Positions 1 to 38,965 of a stretch of DNA of 64,000 bases are shown here, piece after piece. Position 1 is the stretch's first letter. Every line of letters starts with the position of its first letter. This DNA is from Octopus vulgaris (lineage: Eukaryota). A model generated the notes under the pieces. That model saw only the letters and a list, made by a program, of their open reading frames with translations. It was not told the origin of the DNA and did not search any database. Made by a program: the position numbers and the translations under genes. Location of the stretch: positions 26,784,001 through 26,848,000 of the forward strand of contig OX597836.1 in assembly GCA_951406725.2 (NCBI GenBank). The letters are read 5' to 3'.

Positions 1-418
1 TGTGTTTTTCAAAGTCCAAAATAAAGTCCATTCTTGTCTTGCATTTTCCATTGCCCTTGATTAAAGCAACAGCATAACCAGTATGGTGCTGTTTAACTTT
101 TCCATTTGAAGTGTTGGAGAAGAATTTGTCGGACTTGTACTTTTGAAAGGCCAAAACAACAAGGGAAGAAATATTTCAATCTTTGCTAATCTCTTTAGAT
201 GAATTAAACATAAACTGGCGACAGATGGTGAGTTTGGCCACAGATGGAGCACCACAGAATGGCAGGCCATGATTTAAGTGTTGTGTCCAGATTAAAATCA
301 AATCTTCAGCCTATAAATGAAGATCTCCATCTTTGTGGTATGAACGGCTTTACAAATTACTCAGTGATGTGCTGCAAAACTCTGAAAATGGACCATGTCA
401 TTGATATCACTGTAAAAA
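1..418 (+). pseudogene. Degenerate hAT (Charlie/Buster, GTF2IRD2-like) transposase fragment
   Basis: Across frameshifts and stops: FSIALD*S, EEFVGLV.LKG, TT.EEIFQ, W.QMVSLATDGAP.MAG, CCKTLKMDHVI; motifs are in the correct order. Confidence 0.75.
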
Positions 419-927
419 AAGCAGTTGGTTTTATATTCTTTATCTTCTGTCTGTTATTTGTATCAGTTGTTAGACTGTGGCCATGCTGGGGCACCACCTT
501 ACTCTTTACTCTTTTATTTGCTTCAGTCATTTGACTGTGGCCATGCTGGAGCACCGCCTTTAGTCGAGCAAATCAACCCCAGGACTTATTCTTTGTAAGC
601 CTAGTACTTATTCTATCGGTCTATTTTGCTGAACTGCTAAGTTACGGGGAAGAATTTTCCCGCTGAATGAATCGACCCCCCAACCAAGGACTTATTTTTT
701 TAAAGCCTGATTCTTTTTCCTTTCTGGTTGCTTTTGCTGAACCTACCACTAAGTTATGGGGATGTAAACAAACCAACACTAGTTGTCAAGCAGTTGCAGG
801 GAACAAACACAGGCATACATTTATGTGTATGTGTGCGTGTGTGTGTGTACTCTTTACTCTTTTACTCATTTCAGTCATTTGATTATGGCCATGCTGGAGC
901 ACATATATACATACATACATACATACA

Positions 928-992
<65 letters not shown>

Positions 993-1419
993 CAGGCTTC
1001 TTTCAGTTTCCGTTTACCAAATCCACTCACAAGGCTTTGGTCGACCTGAGGCTATAGTAGAAGACACTTGCCCAAGTTGCCATGCAGTGGGACTGAACCC
1101 GGAACCATGTGGTTCATAAGCAAGCTATTTACCACACAGCCACTCTGTGTGTAATTTTTGTTGTCATCAGAGTATGTGTCCCTTGTTACTCACAGCTTCT
1201 GGTTACCATAACAGTTGTGGGTGATCACATCCCAATTCATTTCTTTTTTTTCACTAAGCAATGTAAAAAAAAAATAAACAAAATATTTTTAAAACCCCTC
1301 CCCCCCAGCCCATTTGGAAGCTCTATTTAATATGTCATGTTGTAGGCAAGCTATTGTTATATATTGAAATGATGTCAGTTTTACAAGCAAAATATTAATA
1401 ACAATAGTTGATATATTCT

Positions 1420-1845
1420 TTTGCTTTTTTATTTGTTTCAGTCATTTGACTGTGGCCATGCTGGAGCACCGCCTTTAGTCGAGCAAATCGACCCCAGTGT
1501 TTATTCTTTGTAAGCCTAGTACTTATTCTATCAGTCTCTTTTGCCGAACCGCTAAGTTTCGGGGACGTAAACACACCAGCATCGGTTGTCAAGTGATGTT
1601 GGGGGGACAAACACAGACACACAAACATATACACACACACATACACATATATACATATATATACATATATATATATATATGATTGGCTTCTTTCAGTTTC
1701 CGTCTACCAAATCCACTCACAATGCTTTGCTCGGCCTGAGGCTATAGTAGAAGACACTTGCCCAAGGTGCCATGCAGTGAAACTGAAACCGGGACCATGT
1801 GGTTGGGAAGCAAGCTACTTACCACACAGCCACTCCTACGCCTAT
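1420..1845 (-). mobile_element. tRNA-derived SINE family A, full copy. Other copies at ~848-1146(-), 6316-6478(+), 7207-7601(+), 12121-12280(+), 12777-13150(+), 31545-32405(-), 41878-42280(+), 46425-46832(-), 47730-48140(+), 57541-57925(+)
   Basis: Repeated ~400-bp unit: head GGAGTGGCTGTGTGGTAAG...GGTTCAGTCCC (A/B-box-like), internal (TA)n/(TG)n, tail GAAACAAGTAAAAGAGT. Confidence 0.85.
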
Positions 1846-2351
1846 GTTTCACTATTTATATATTCAACTATTCACCAGATTTCGTCAAGAAATATATCCT
1901 CATAAAAATATTTATTAACACAGTTCGTATTAGTCCTGAATGACTAATAATAACATTGGGTTACTGACTCACACCTGAGATTTGTTCCGGACTAACAAGT
2001 GGGTGTTGGACCTTCGATTCACATTTACATTTGCTTATCAGGTCGTGGCAGTTTGTTTATTCTACAACCACCCTGAAACCCATAACCCTTTAGCATTCAG
2101 ATTATTCTCTTAAATTCAATGCTTATTCATTCACATGGTTTCGAATTAATCATGCATTATCTTGTACCTTTGAGATTTTGATAATGGGATTGTTTGTTTT
2201 AGAATTTATTGTCAGGTAGGTGTGAGAGGCCAGACATAGCCCATTAGAACACAAAACAGGTTGAACACTTTAGGTCACATATGGTCAGTTTAAATGCTGG
2301 TCAGTGTTAAAATGTACTGAACTTTAGCAAGTATATATTTTGGTTCTTTAA

Positions 2352-2716
2352 CCCTTTGACTCTGTAATTAAACTTCATGGTCATTCCCATAACGATGTTA
2401 ATTATCCATCAAAAAATAGAACTGATATTTTCTGTTTCTGCGATGCTTTTTCAGTATCCCCTGTGGGTACGGATTTTCATATCCACCTCTAAATACATTT
2501 GATTTTTGCTCAATAAAGAGATATTTGATGAAATATGTGAAAAAAACAATTAAGAAAATCTGAAAAATTGTTATTTGTCAAAAGTGCCACTGAGGATGTC
2601 TTCATTTCTCGCAGCATAAGGAGAGATTTTCAGAAAAGCCATGGGGTAACATTACTTTCTGCAGTTAACAGTTGTAAGATTTTGAATGGATATATCTGCT
2701 TTCAACAGTCAAAGGG
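2352..2716. mobile_element. piggyBac-type MITE
   Basis: TTAA|CCCTTTGACT...AGTCAAAGGG|TTAA; non-coding. Confidence 0.8.
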
Positions 2717-2850
2717 TTAAACGCTACACCTATTCATGGCTATTCAGAGGGTATTGGTTCCAAGCATATTATCAGTTTTGCTCTAACATTTTTACTTTTC
2801 GAGATTCAGAATGCCTTACCTCTTTATATTCTTGATGTATCAACTTATAT

Positions 2851-3170
2851 GTGAAGGCACATGGCTTAGTGGTTAGGGTTTTTGGCTTTCAATCGTAAGG
2901 TCCTGAGTTCGATTCCTGGTGGCACGTTGTGTCCTTGAGCAAGACACTTTACTTCACGTTGCTCTAGTCCACTAAGCTGGCAAAATTGAGTTGTACCTGT
3001 AATTCAAAAGAGCCAACCATGTCACATTGTGTCACACTGAATCTCCCTGAGAGCTAAGTTAAGGTTACGCATGTCTGTGGAGCACTCGGCCATTTGCATG
3101 TTAATTTCACAAGCAAGTTGTTCCATTGGTCAGATCAACTGGAACCCTTATTGTTGTAATCAACGGAGTG
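2851..3170 (+). mobile_element. tRNA-derived SINE; related copy at ~27453-27785(-)
   Basis: TGGCTTAGTGGTTAGG...GAGTTCGATTCC head; body shared with other copies. Confidence 0.75.
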
Positions 3171-3899
3171 TCAATATCCACCTGTGTTTTGAAACGAAGG
3201 GCCACAGTAGTACTTCACATGTCAAGGCATTAGAAGTTACCCCTATTCCTGGATATATTTCGAGGGCTAATTCAAAACTCAAAACATTGCATTAGTACTT
3301 TACCCTTCTAAGCTCTAATTATCAATTAATCTATTTTCTTTCTTCTTAAATAAAAAAATAACAATATTGATGCAATCAATATTTTACATATTAATTAAAG
3401 CAGTGAGCTGGCAGAACTGTTAGCACACTGGGTAAAATACCTGGTGGTATTTCATCTGTTTTTATGTTCTGAGTTCAAATTCTACTGAGGCCGATTTTGC
3501 CTTTCAACCTTTTGGGGTCAATAAAATAAGTACCAGTTGCGCACTGGGGTTGATGTAATCGACTTACCTCCTTCCCAGAATTGCTGACCTTGTGCCAAGA
3601 TTTGAAACCAACTCTTTACATACTCTTAAACAAATATACTTAAGTAAGTCAGTTTATTTCAGTGCAAAAAGCTTAGAGTAAAAGCATTGAACAAAACAAG
3701 TGTTTGCTTTGACTGTTTATGCAGTGAATTCCCCGAGACTAAGTTTAGAAAAACTTGGAGACATTTAATAGTGTCACCGAGATAAGAAAGCTTATAAAAC
3801 ATTGTTATTCCTTGACACTCAATGGTCTGAGTTCTCAGCATGACGTCGGTTTGTTCTAACTATTAACACCTGATTGTCAACCATTAGGCAGACGACTAA

Positions 3900-4670
3900 T
3901 CGAAATTAGTTGATGACATGCTCTTCAGTGTTAATAAGCTTCTCTGTAACTTGAGCATGAAGGTCCATTATCTCCATGGTTATTTCAATCACCTTCGAGA
4001 AAAGCTTGGCGGTTTAACCCCTTACCCGGCAGAAACGAATATATGCGTTTTGACCGAAATCGTTTTTTTCTATCTCTGGCGAGTTAACTCGTCAAAAGAC
4101 AGACTCGCCAAAATCGACAGCAAACGAGTTCCTTTGTCTATTATAAACTCTTTTTTGACATATACGAGTATATTCGCTCACTTTATACGTCTGGCAGTGA
4201 CGATTTCTGACACCTTTCGCTTGAGTAAGGCATTGAAGACCGAGTATGATTTAGTCACCTGGAGACAGTCGAAGGGTTGGAAGGCACATTTTATGAATAG
4301 AAGTATTCACTTTGTTTTTATGTTGTTTTTTATACCTTTATATTATAACCCCACCATGTCGATAACCAAATAAAATAACATGATTTTTTGTAAAAGTAAT
4401 ATGATTTATGAAAAAAACGGGTTAACTCGTTTCTGCCCAAAGCGATAATTTAAAATCAATATTATTGAATTAAAATTCATAATAAATAAGGTTTGAAATA
4501 TACCTCGAAATCACCATTCAAAACATAGTAAAATAAAACAATTAAAAAATATGTCTGAAAAAATACATTTATTTTCAAAATAATTGTTGGGTAAGGGGTT
4601 AAACAAACAGCAAGGAGAAATATTTCAAAATAGAGTTTAAGAATAAGGGAAAATAAGTATCCCACAGGAC
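3900..4670 (+). pseudogene. DNA-transposase C-terminal relic (Chapaev3/CMC-like motif), split by the MITE at 4018-4598
   Basis: Removing the MITE gives CNLSMKVHYLHGYFNHLREKLGGLNKQQGEIFQ, resembling the motif CNMS.K.H.LHSHLD.FPENLG..S.EQGERFHQ. Family assignment is from memory. Confidence 0.5.
4018..4598. mobile_element. piggyBac-type MITE inserted into a transposase relic
   Basis: TTAA|CCCCTTACCC...GGGTAAGGGG|TTAA. Confidence 0.8.
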
Positions 4671-4705
4671 ACATACAGGATGATAGATTATGGTGCCATG
4701 TCTTT

Positions 4706-5246
4706 GTGGAGGTGCGTGGCTTAGTGGTTACGGTGTCAGCATCATGATTGTAAGATTGTGGTTTCGATTCCTGGACCGGGCGACGCGTTGTGTTCTTGAG
4801 CCACGTCGCTCCAGTCCACTCAGCTGGCAAAAATGAGTAACGCTGCAATGGACTGGCGTCCCATCCAGCTGGGGAACTCATACACCATAGAAACCGGCAA
4901 ACTGGGCCCATGAGCCTGGCTAGGCTTTAAAAGAGCATATTATTTGTGGAGGCACATGTCCTAGTGGTTAGAGCAGCGGACTCGCGGTCGAGGGATCGTG
5001 GGTTCGAATCTCAGACCAGGCGATGTGTGTGTTTATGAGCGAAAACACCTAAGCTCCATGCGGCTCCGGCAGAAGGTCATGGCGAATTTCTGCTGACTCT
5101 TTCGCCACAACTTTCTCTCACTCTTTCCTCCTGCATCTTGCAGCTCACCTGCGACGGACCGGCGTCCCGTCTAGGTGGGGAACCTATATGCCAAGAAACC
5201 GGGAAACCGGCCCTTACGAACCAGGCATGGCTTGAGAAGGAACAAA
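4706..5246 (+). mobile_element. Two tandem tRNA-derived SINEs inside one 9-bp TSD. SINEs with a head like the second unit occur at 12647-12750, 38378-38665, 44195-44580, 45463-45720
   Basis: CATGTCTTT at 4697-4705 and 5247-5255; two tRNA-like heads at 4706 and ~4946. Confidence 0.75.
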
Positions 5247-5255
5247 CATGTCTTT

Positions 5256-5478
5256 ATGTCCGATGTCACTTTATCTGACATCTTTTGGTCCAATGATTTT
5301 TTTGTCCAACAACAAATCCTATCAATTAAATTCTAAATAATTTTGATGTTCACCTTGTTTTCTAAAGAGTTTATTTAAAATTAGACAAAAAGTCGTTGGA
5401 TGAAAAAATCCTCGGACAAAAAGACGTCGGACCAAAAGACTTGGACAAAGTGACATTGGACGAAAAGTCGGGTCACGA
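5256..5478. mobile_element. Foldback/MITE-like element with ~15-bp internal repeats in inverted arms
   Basis: tgtccgatgtcacttt...ttttggtcc is mirrored by ggaccaaaag...aaagtgacattggac. Confidence 0.55.
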
Positions 5479-5532
5479 TAAATTACTGCTAGAATCTACA
5501 GTGGAACTGTTTTGGTAAATCTTACTTTAGAA

Positions 5533-5917
5533 CAGTGATTTTCAATCAGGGTCCCTGTGACCCCTGAAGGTCCTTATAAGATTCTTGTGGAGTCCATGCA
5601 AGCAAAATAGTAAATTGAGGGTCTATAGTAATATTTTAAGGGTCCCTGAAAAAATTCTGCTTTTACATGTATTTATTGTAAGAAATAGCTCGATTTCTTT
5701 CCCACATGTTTTACACAATGCAACATGTTTCTGGCCGTTGAAACATGTCTCAGCAAGTTCTGTTGCAAACCTACACAAGTGAATGTGGGAAAGCAAAATG
5801 GGAATTTTGAAAGAAGTATCCATGACACCAGTTTTTAAAACATCAAATGGCTATGGGGGTCCATCAGAATAAAATAGTAATCAAAGGGGATCCATAGATA
5901 AAAAAATGGAATCATTG
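5533..5917. mobile_element. hAT-type MITE
   Basis: 8-bp TSD CTTTAGAA at 5525-5532 and 5918-5925; CAGTG...CATTG termini. Confidence 0.8.
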
Positions 5918-6262
5918 CTTTAGAATGTCATGAAAGAAATGTTTTATATGTTGTATGACCAATTTTTTTTATAGGGTCTATGTTATAATTGATTACAAAT
6001 TCTTATGTAGAGCTCGGTATGTTATTTGGGATGAAATAAACTGATTTAGTAATGTGTGGTTGTTTGAAATATTAATAGAGTTAATATGGTTGTGTGGATA
6101 CAGAGTCCACTTTGTTAGCATGTGGTCTTGAGTTCTGTCGCTCTGTATGGTACCTTGAGCAAGTGTCTTCCCTGTAGCCCTGAGCTAACTACAGACTTGT
6201 GAGTGAGTTTGGTAGATGGAAACTGAGAAAAGCCCATCATATATACATACATATATATGTAT

Positions 6263-6309
<47 letters not shown>

Positions 6310-7951
6310 TAATCGCAGGTGTGGCTGTGTAATAAGTAGCTTGCTTACCAACCACTTGGTTCCAGGTTCAGTCCCACTGCGTGGCACCTTTGGCAAGTGT
6401 TTTCTACTATAGCCTCGGACAGACCAAAGTCTTGTGAGTGGATTTGGTAGAAGGAAACTGAAAGAAGCCTGTCGTGTCTATAGATATATATATATCATCA
6501 TCATCATCATCGTTTAATGTCTGCTTTCCATGCTAGCATGGGTTGTACGATTTGACTGAGGACTGGCGAACCAGATGGCTGCACCAGGCTCCAATCTTGA
6601 TCTGGCAGAGTTTCTACAGCTGGATGCTCTTCCTAACGTCAACTACTCTAAGAGTGTAGTGGGTGCTTTTACGTGCCACCGGTACGGGGGCCAGTCAAGC
6701 AGTACTGGCAATGGCCACACTCAAATGGTGTTTTTTACATGCCACCTGCACAAATATATGTATATGTAAGTATTGGCATGTATGTATGTATGTGGGTGAG
6801 TGTGTTACTGTGTCTTTGCCTTGACATGGTATGATAGTCGTAAATGAGTGTCACTGTCACACAAGCAGTGTCCTTCGTTTCTAATCTTATGTGTAAATAT
6901 GACTAATCATGAGGAAATATTATCTTAATTGGAGACAAGTGAAACATGGTGAGAGGAAGAGCACAGAAAAGACGACAATGATATACATATACATACACTT
7001 ACACAAAGACATACATGCACACACAGTCATACTCACATACACACATCTGTTCACAGGTATGCGAATGTGTATGTGCAAAGTCACTAAGTCACGTAGCTGA
7101 TGTTGTTTGTTGGCATTTCCGTATCTACAAAGTTTTGTGTTTTTGTACTCAATAGATATTTTTTTTCCCCTTACAATATAAAATTAATTTTTATTTTAGC
7201 AACATAGGCGCAGGAGTGGCTGTGTGGTAAGTAGCTTGCTTACAAACCACATGGTTCCGGGTTCAGTCCCACTGCGTGGCATCTTGGGCAAGTGTCTTCT
7301 GCTATAGCCCCGAGCCGACCAATGCCTTGTGAGTGGATTTGGTAGACGGAAACTGAAAGAAGCCTGTCGTATATATGTATATATATATATATATATGTTT
7401 GTGTGTGTTTGTCGCCCTAGCATTGCTTGACAACCGATGCTGGTGAGTTTACGTCCCCGTCACTTAGCGGTTCAGCAAAAGAGACCGATAGAATAAGTAC
7501 TGGGCTTACAAAGAATAAGTCCCGGGGTCAATATGCTCGACTAAAGGCGGTGCTCCAGCATGGCCGCAGTCAAATGACTGAAACAAGTAAAAGAGTAAAG
7601 AGTATAGTTTTACAGGAAGGTAATAAAAAAAAATCAAAGTATAAAAGATTGTGTTTCAAACATGAGTGAAATGAAAACTCCCTTACTCAAGAAGCAGATA
7701 AAGGTTGGCAACATGAAAGGCATCCGGTTGTAAACCACTATGTATTCTTCTAACCCATACAGGGTAAAATGGGTGTAAAAAGTAAACAAAAGTAGGTGCT
7801 GAAGTGGCTGTGTGGTATGTAGCTTGCTTACCAACCGCATGGGTTTGGGTTCAGTCCCATTGCATGGCACCTTGGGCAGGTGTCTTCTACCATAGCCCCA
7901 GGACAACCAAAGCCTTGTCTGGCATGCTAACGATTCTGCCAGCTTGCCACC

Positions 7952-7998
<47 letters not shown>

Positions 7999-8449
7999 CC
8001 TTTCTACTAAAGGTACAAGGCCTGAAATTTGGTGGGAGGAACTAGTTGATCACATTGACCCCAGTGCATAACTGGTACTTATTTCATCCCCCCCCCCCCC
8101 AAGGATGAAAGGCAAAGTCATCCTTGGCGGAATTTGAACTCAGAATGGCTAAGATAGATGAAATGCTGCTGAGCATTTTGTCCTATGTGCTACCAATTCT
8201 GCCAGCACACTGCCTCGATAATAATAAAATGTTAAAATACTGACCACATAGTCTTCTTTCCCTGTCCTTGACCATTGGGCTGTGACCATCCTATGGCACC
8301 ATTTTCATGGAAAAAAAAAACATTTGCCTTCTGTTTGTATTTAACTTTTTTGATTAATCTAGGTTAAATAAAGTGAGATCACAGCCGTAGCCTGTACCAG
8401 TGTCTTATAACCAGCCCATTTAAAAAGTACCTTTGAATTGTCGGGCTCC

Positions 8450-8966
8450 CCATGCCGGTGGCACTTAAAAAGCACCATCCAAATGTTGCTGATGCCAGTC
8501 CCACCTGACTGGCTCCCATGCCGGTGGCACGTAAAAAGCACCATTTGAGTGTGGTTGATGCCTGTGCCACCTGACTTGCTCCCGTGATGGTGACACATAA
8601 AAAGCACCATCCGAATGTTGCTGATGCCAGTGCCACCTGACTGGCTCCCATGCCAGTGGCACATAAAAAAAGCACCATCCGAATGTGGCCAATGTCAGTG
8701 CCACCAGACTGCCTTCTGTGCCAGGGGTACGTAAGAAGCAGCATTCAAGCGTAGGCGATGCCAGTGCCACCTGACTGACTCCCGTGCTGGTGGCACATAA
8801 AAATTCCCCACGACACTCTTGTGGTTGGTGTTAGGAAGGTCGTCCAGCTGTAGGAACCTTGCTAGATCAGATTGGAGCCTGGTGCAGCCTCCTGGCTTGC
8901 CAGTCCCCAGTCAAACCATCCAACCTATACCAGTATGGAAAACAGACATTAAACCGATGATGATGA
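8450..8966 (+). mobile_element. Family B retroposon with internal ~45-50-bp VNTR and (GAT)n tail. Other copies at 6495-6750(-), 25037-25460(-), 25764-26185(-), 28566-28915(-), 33247-33505(-), 42650-43266(+), 45820-46050(-), 56742-56922(+)
   Basis: Tandem GGTGGCACGTAAAAAGCACC units followed by ...GGAAGGGCATCCAGC...CATGGAAAGCGGACGTTAAACGATGATGAT. Confidence 0.8.
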
Positions 8967-9119
8967 TTAAATAATGGAATGAGAAATATGGAACACTTCA
9001 AACATAATTTTTGATATATTTATTCATTTTCTGTTTGCATTCTTTTAAAAAATGTTTTCTACTAAAACTTTATAATTCTGTTATATTGTTTATGTTGCCT
9101 TTTCTCTTTTATTTTTCAG

Positions 9120-9608
9120 ACTGTTTCTGGCAGCGAATAATCTGATTTTACGGAATGGACTACCTTTTTATATTCTAGAAAACCTCAACTGACTGACTCC
9201 AGTGAATTTACTAATAAAAAAAGCTTACCAAATCTTCTGAAAGACTGGTGCTATAAGATATACACACACATGCACACACATACTAACATGATTAATATCT
9301 GAAAGAAAGACCAAAAAAAAAAAAAATTGTTTTTATGATTCCTTATTGTTGTGATTCTATGGCGTTGCTGTTCAATGCCAATTACTGACTGGTCATCCTT
9401 GTTCCAGCCTTCATCATAATGATATTCACAGAATGGTTTGCCTCAGTGAAGTAATTCTGTCACCTTTACATCTGACTGGAACGATTGAAACTGAAATTTT
9501 TTGAAGAGATATCTTTGAGAATTTGTTGGAAGAAATTCCTCTACCATGTTTCTTGTTGGCGAGACATTTTAACTTGTGTAGCTTGAAGAATTAGCTGTAT
9601 TCGTAAAA
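9120..9608 (+). other. Probable 5'UTR part of the recombinase exon
   Basis: Strong acceptor ttttctcttttatttttcag| ending at 9119, followed by repeat-free sequence up to the ATG. An alternative in-frame acceptor tgtgtag| at 9581 is possible. Confidence 0.5.
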
Positions 9609-35756
<26,148 letters not shown>

Positions 35757-36139
35757 TTTTTAGTTAGTGCTGCTGAAAAATAGAGAGAGAGAGAGAGTAA
35801 GAGAGGAAAAGAAAGAGTGAGAGAGAGTGAGAGAGCGGACAGAAGCAGGTGAGAGAAGAGGTGGGGGTCTTTTAGAAAGAAAAGAGAAAACAAAGACAAA
35901 AACAAAAGACAAAAAACAAACAGTAGCTTCTCAATTTCTGTTTTCATATTCTTGGTTAAATTTTTATATGTAGAACTTGAGAAGTGTTTGTGTGACCAAC
36001 AACACACACCTACCTACCAATCTACCAATACTAGCCAATGCCAACCACTACAATAACAACAACAGAAAATGACAATAGCATTAGTAACAATTATCTCATC
36101 CTACTAAGTAGCCATTTTATTTATTTACCAATGGCGTGG

Positions 36140-36160
36140 TTTAAAAATAAAAAATAAAAA
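36140..36160 (+). terminator. Candidate polyadenylation signals (two AATAAA)
   Basis: aaaaataaaaaataaaaa about 390 nt after the stop, followed by T-rich sequence. Confidence 0.35.
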
Positions 36161-37625
36161 TGAATCACAAATTTTTTTTTTTAATATTTTTTTACTTGTT
36201 TATTGTTTCAGATTATAAGGAAGTGTGCTGGCAGAATCATTAGCATGCAGGATCGTTAGGACGTTGGGCAGAATCATTAGGATGCTGAGCAGAATCGTTA
36301 GCAGGCCAGGCAGGATCTGGCAGAATCATTAGCAGGCTGGGCAGGAACATTAGCAGCCCTGGCAGGATTGTTAGGCTGGGCAAGATCGTTAGCAGGCTAG
36401 TCATGATCGTTAGCATGCCTGGCCGAATGCTGGCAGAAACGTTAGCATGCCGGGCGAAATGCTTCACAGTATGTTGTCTGCCGCTACATTCTGAGTTCAA
36501 ATTCCGCTGAGGTCGGCTTTGCCTTTCACCCTTTCGGGGTTGATAAATTAAGTACCAGTTACGCACTGGTGTCGATATAATCGACTTAATCCATTTGTCT
36601 GTCCTTGTTTGTCCTCTCTGTGTTTAGCCCCTTGTGGGTAGTAAAGAAATAGGTATTTCATCTGTCTTAATGTTCTGAGTTCAAATTCTACTGAGGTCAC
36701 AACCACAAAGATATGTGTGCACACACACACACACACACACACACGCACATACACACATAGCAGGCTTCTTACAGTTTCTGTTTATACTAAATTCACTCAC
36801 GTTACATTAGTCATCCTAGTACTATAGTAAAGATGCTTACACAAGTGACTGTGCAGTGGGACTGAACCTGTAACTATGTGATTGTGAAGCAAACTTGTTA
36901 ACCATACAGCTTAGCCTGTACCTATAAGCAATGGATGACCTTCATAAATTGGAACCCAAAAATTGAGCTGAGAGAATGGTTGGGTTCCAAAGGCATCAGA
37001 GTGACATGTGCAGGAGAGACGATGGTTCTGGTTTTGGAAGGACATATGATGTTAATTAAATATGTTAATTAAATTAAATGTGACTAAGAACTTTTAAGAA
37101 CTTTATTTTATCTTGTGCAAGAAAAACGATAAAAAATTAAATAGGCGTGGCTGTGTGGTAAGAGGTTTTTTCTTCCTAACCACATGGTTTCTCGGGTTCA
37201 AACCCGCTGCGTGACATTTTTTGGCAAGTGTCTTCTACTATAGCCTTGGACTGACCAAAGCCTTGTGAGAGGATTTGGTAGATGGAAGACTGAAAGAAGC
37301 TCCGCCATATATATATATATATATATTGGAAAGCGGATGTTAAATGATGATGATGATATATACACACACACATACATACTTGGTGACCCTGTCAGTGCAG
37401 GTGTCACTTAAAAGCACAAGTTCTGTAAAGTGGTTAGAATTTAGAAGGGTACCTAGCTGTAAAAACTCTTGCCAAAACAGTTACAGAAGTCTGGTGCAGG
37501 CTTCTTTGCCTGGCTAGCTCTTGCCAAACTGTTCTACCAATGCTAGCACGGAAGACAGGCATTAAATGACGACAATGACGATGATGATATCCATCCATCC
37601 ATCCGTCTGTCTGTTTGTCTGTCTG

Positions 37626-37686
<61 letters not shown>

Positions 37687-38699
37687 TGGTTGCTTTATAA
37701 AAAAACTAAAGTATTTAGCATCTAATTCAGCGAATGAATTCATTTTTGTGGGCAGTTTAGCATAATGGTAAAACATTCAGCCAGAAGCTTTGAGGGATAT
37801 GGGTTCAGAGTCCCGTGGCTGGTTGTTGACAAATTTTCCCACCTTGTAAGGGTAGTTTACCCAGCTTTTCTGCTTTTCTAACAGTTAACTCTGTGTTGGA
37901 AAAAATATTATCTTTTTATTTGTATCATATAATTCACATTTTGATGCATCTAATAAAAAAAAACAAATATTTGTTTACATTTACACACACACATTTTATG
38001 TATGTGTGTGTGTGTAGTGTGTCTACTTTCTTTATTGTGTGTGTAGTGTGTCTGTTTGTCCCTGCCTCCACAGCTTGACAGCTGGTGTCGGTGTGTTTAC
38101 CTCCCCATAACTTAACAGTTCAGTATTAGAGACCAATAAAATGAGTACCAGGTTTAAAAAGGACACAGGTACTGGGGACGATTCGTTTGACTAAAAAATT
38201 TTCAAGGCAGTGCTCCAGCATGGCCACAGTGTAATGACTGAAACAAGTTAAGCATAAAGGATGCATGTTCTTCAACTTAATTTAACACAGAAGTGATTAT
38301 CTCCCCTTAAATGGGAAATTCACCAGAAACCATACCACTTGTGAAATGAGAAGTTAGTCCACGTTACTCTGTAAGGAGTGGAGGCATATGGCCTAGTGGT
38401 TAGAACAGCAGACTCGTGGTCGAGAGATCGCAGGTTCGAATCTCAGACCGGGTGAGCAAAACACCTAAGTTCCACGTGGCTCTGGCAGAAGGCGATGGCG
38501 AACTTCTGCTGAGTCTTTCACCACAACTTTCTCTCACTCTTTCCTCCTGCATCTAGCAGCACACCCACAACGGACCAGCATCCTGTGCAGGAGGGGAACC
38601 TGTATGCCAATGAAACTGGGGAACTGGTCCTTATGAGCCAGGCATGGCTCGAGAAGGAACAAACAAATAACAAAGAACTCTATAAGGAGCCTAGGGCCG

Positions 38700-38965
38700 C
38701 AACCATTTCATGCCAGTGGACACGATCTCGATCTACCCCCTTGATTTCAGATGAAGTGAGACCAGTTGCTTTCGCATCATCCTCCACACATCCTTTCCAG
38801 GTCTTCTGAGGTCGTTGAACTTTCTTCTTTCCTTCAGGTTGCCAGTCTAGCACTTGTCTTGCAATTCTGCTTGGAGATCTCCAGAGAGTGTGACTGAGAC
38901 AGCTCCATTTCCTTTTCAGAATTTCTTCATCGATGGGATCAGTTTGGTTTGTTCTGTTCCACAGA
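38700..38965 (-). mobile_element. RTE-clade LINE 3' fragment
   Basis: Minus frame PIDEEILKRKWSCLSHTLWR...ARQVLDWQPEGKKKVQRPQKTW. Confidence 0.75.

Noticed and set aside
4946-5025. tRNA genes (also 12647, 38378, 44195)
   Set aside because: These are tRNA-like heads that continue into shared SINE bodies, without a proper acceptor stem or Pol III terminator.
8450-8800. CRISPR-like repeat-spacer array (also 42650-43100)
   Set aside because: The spacers are related to each other, the array is part of a dispersed retroposon, and there are no cas genes in this eukaryotic context.
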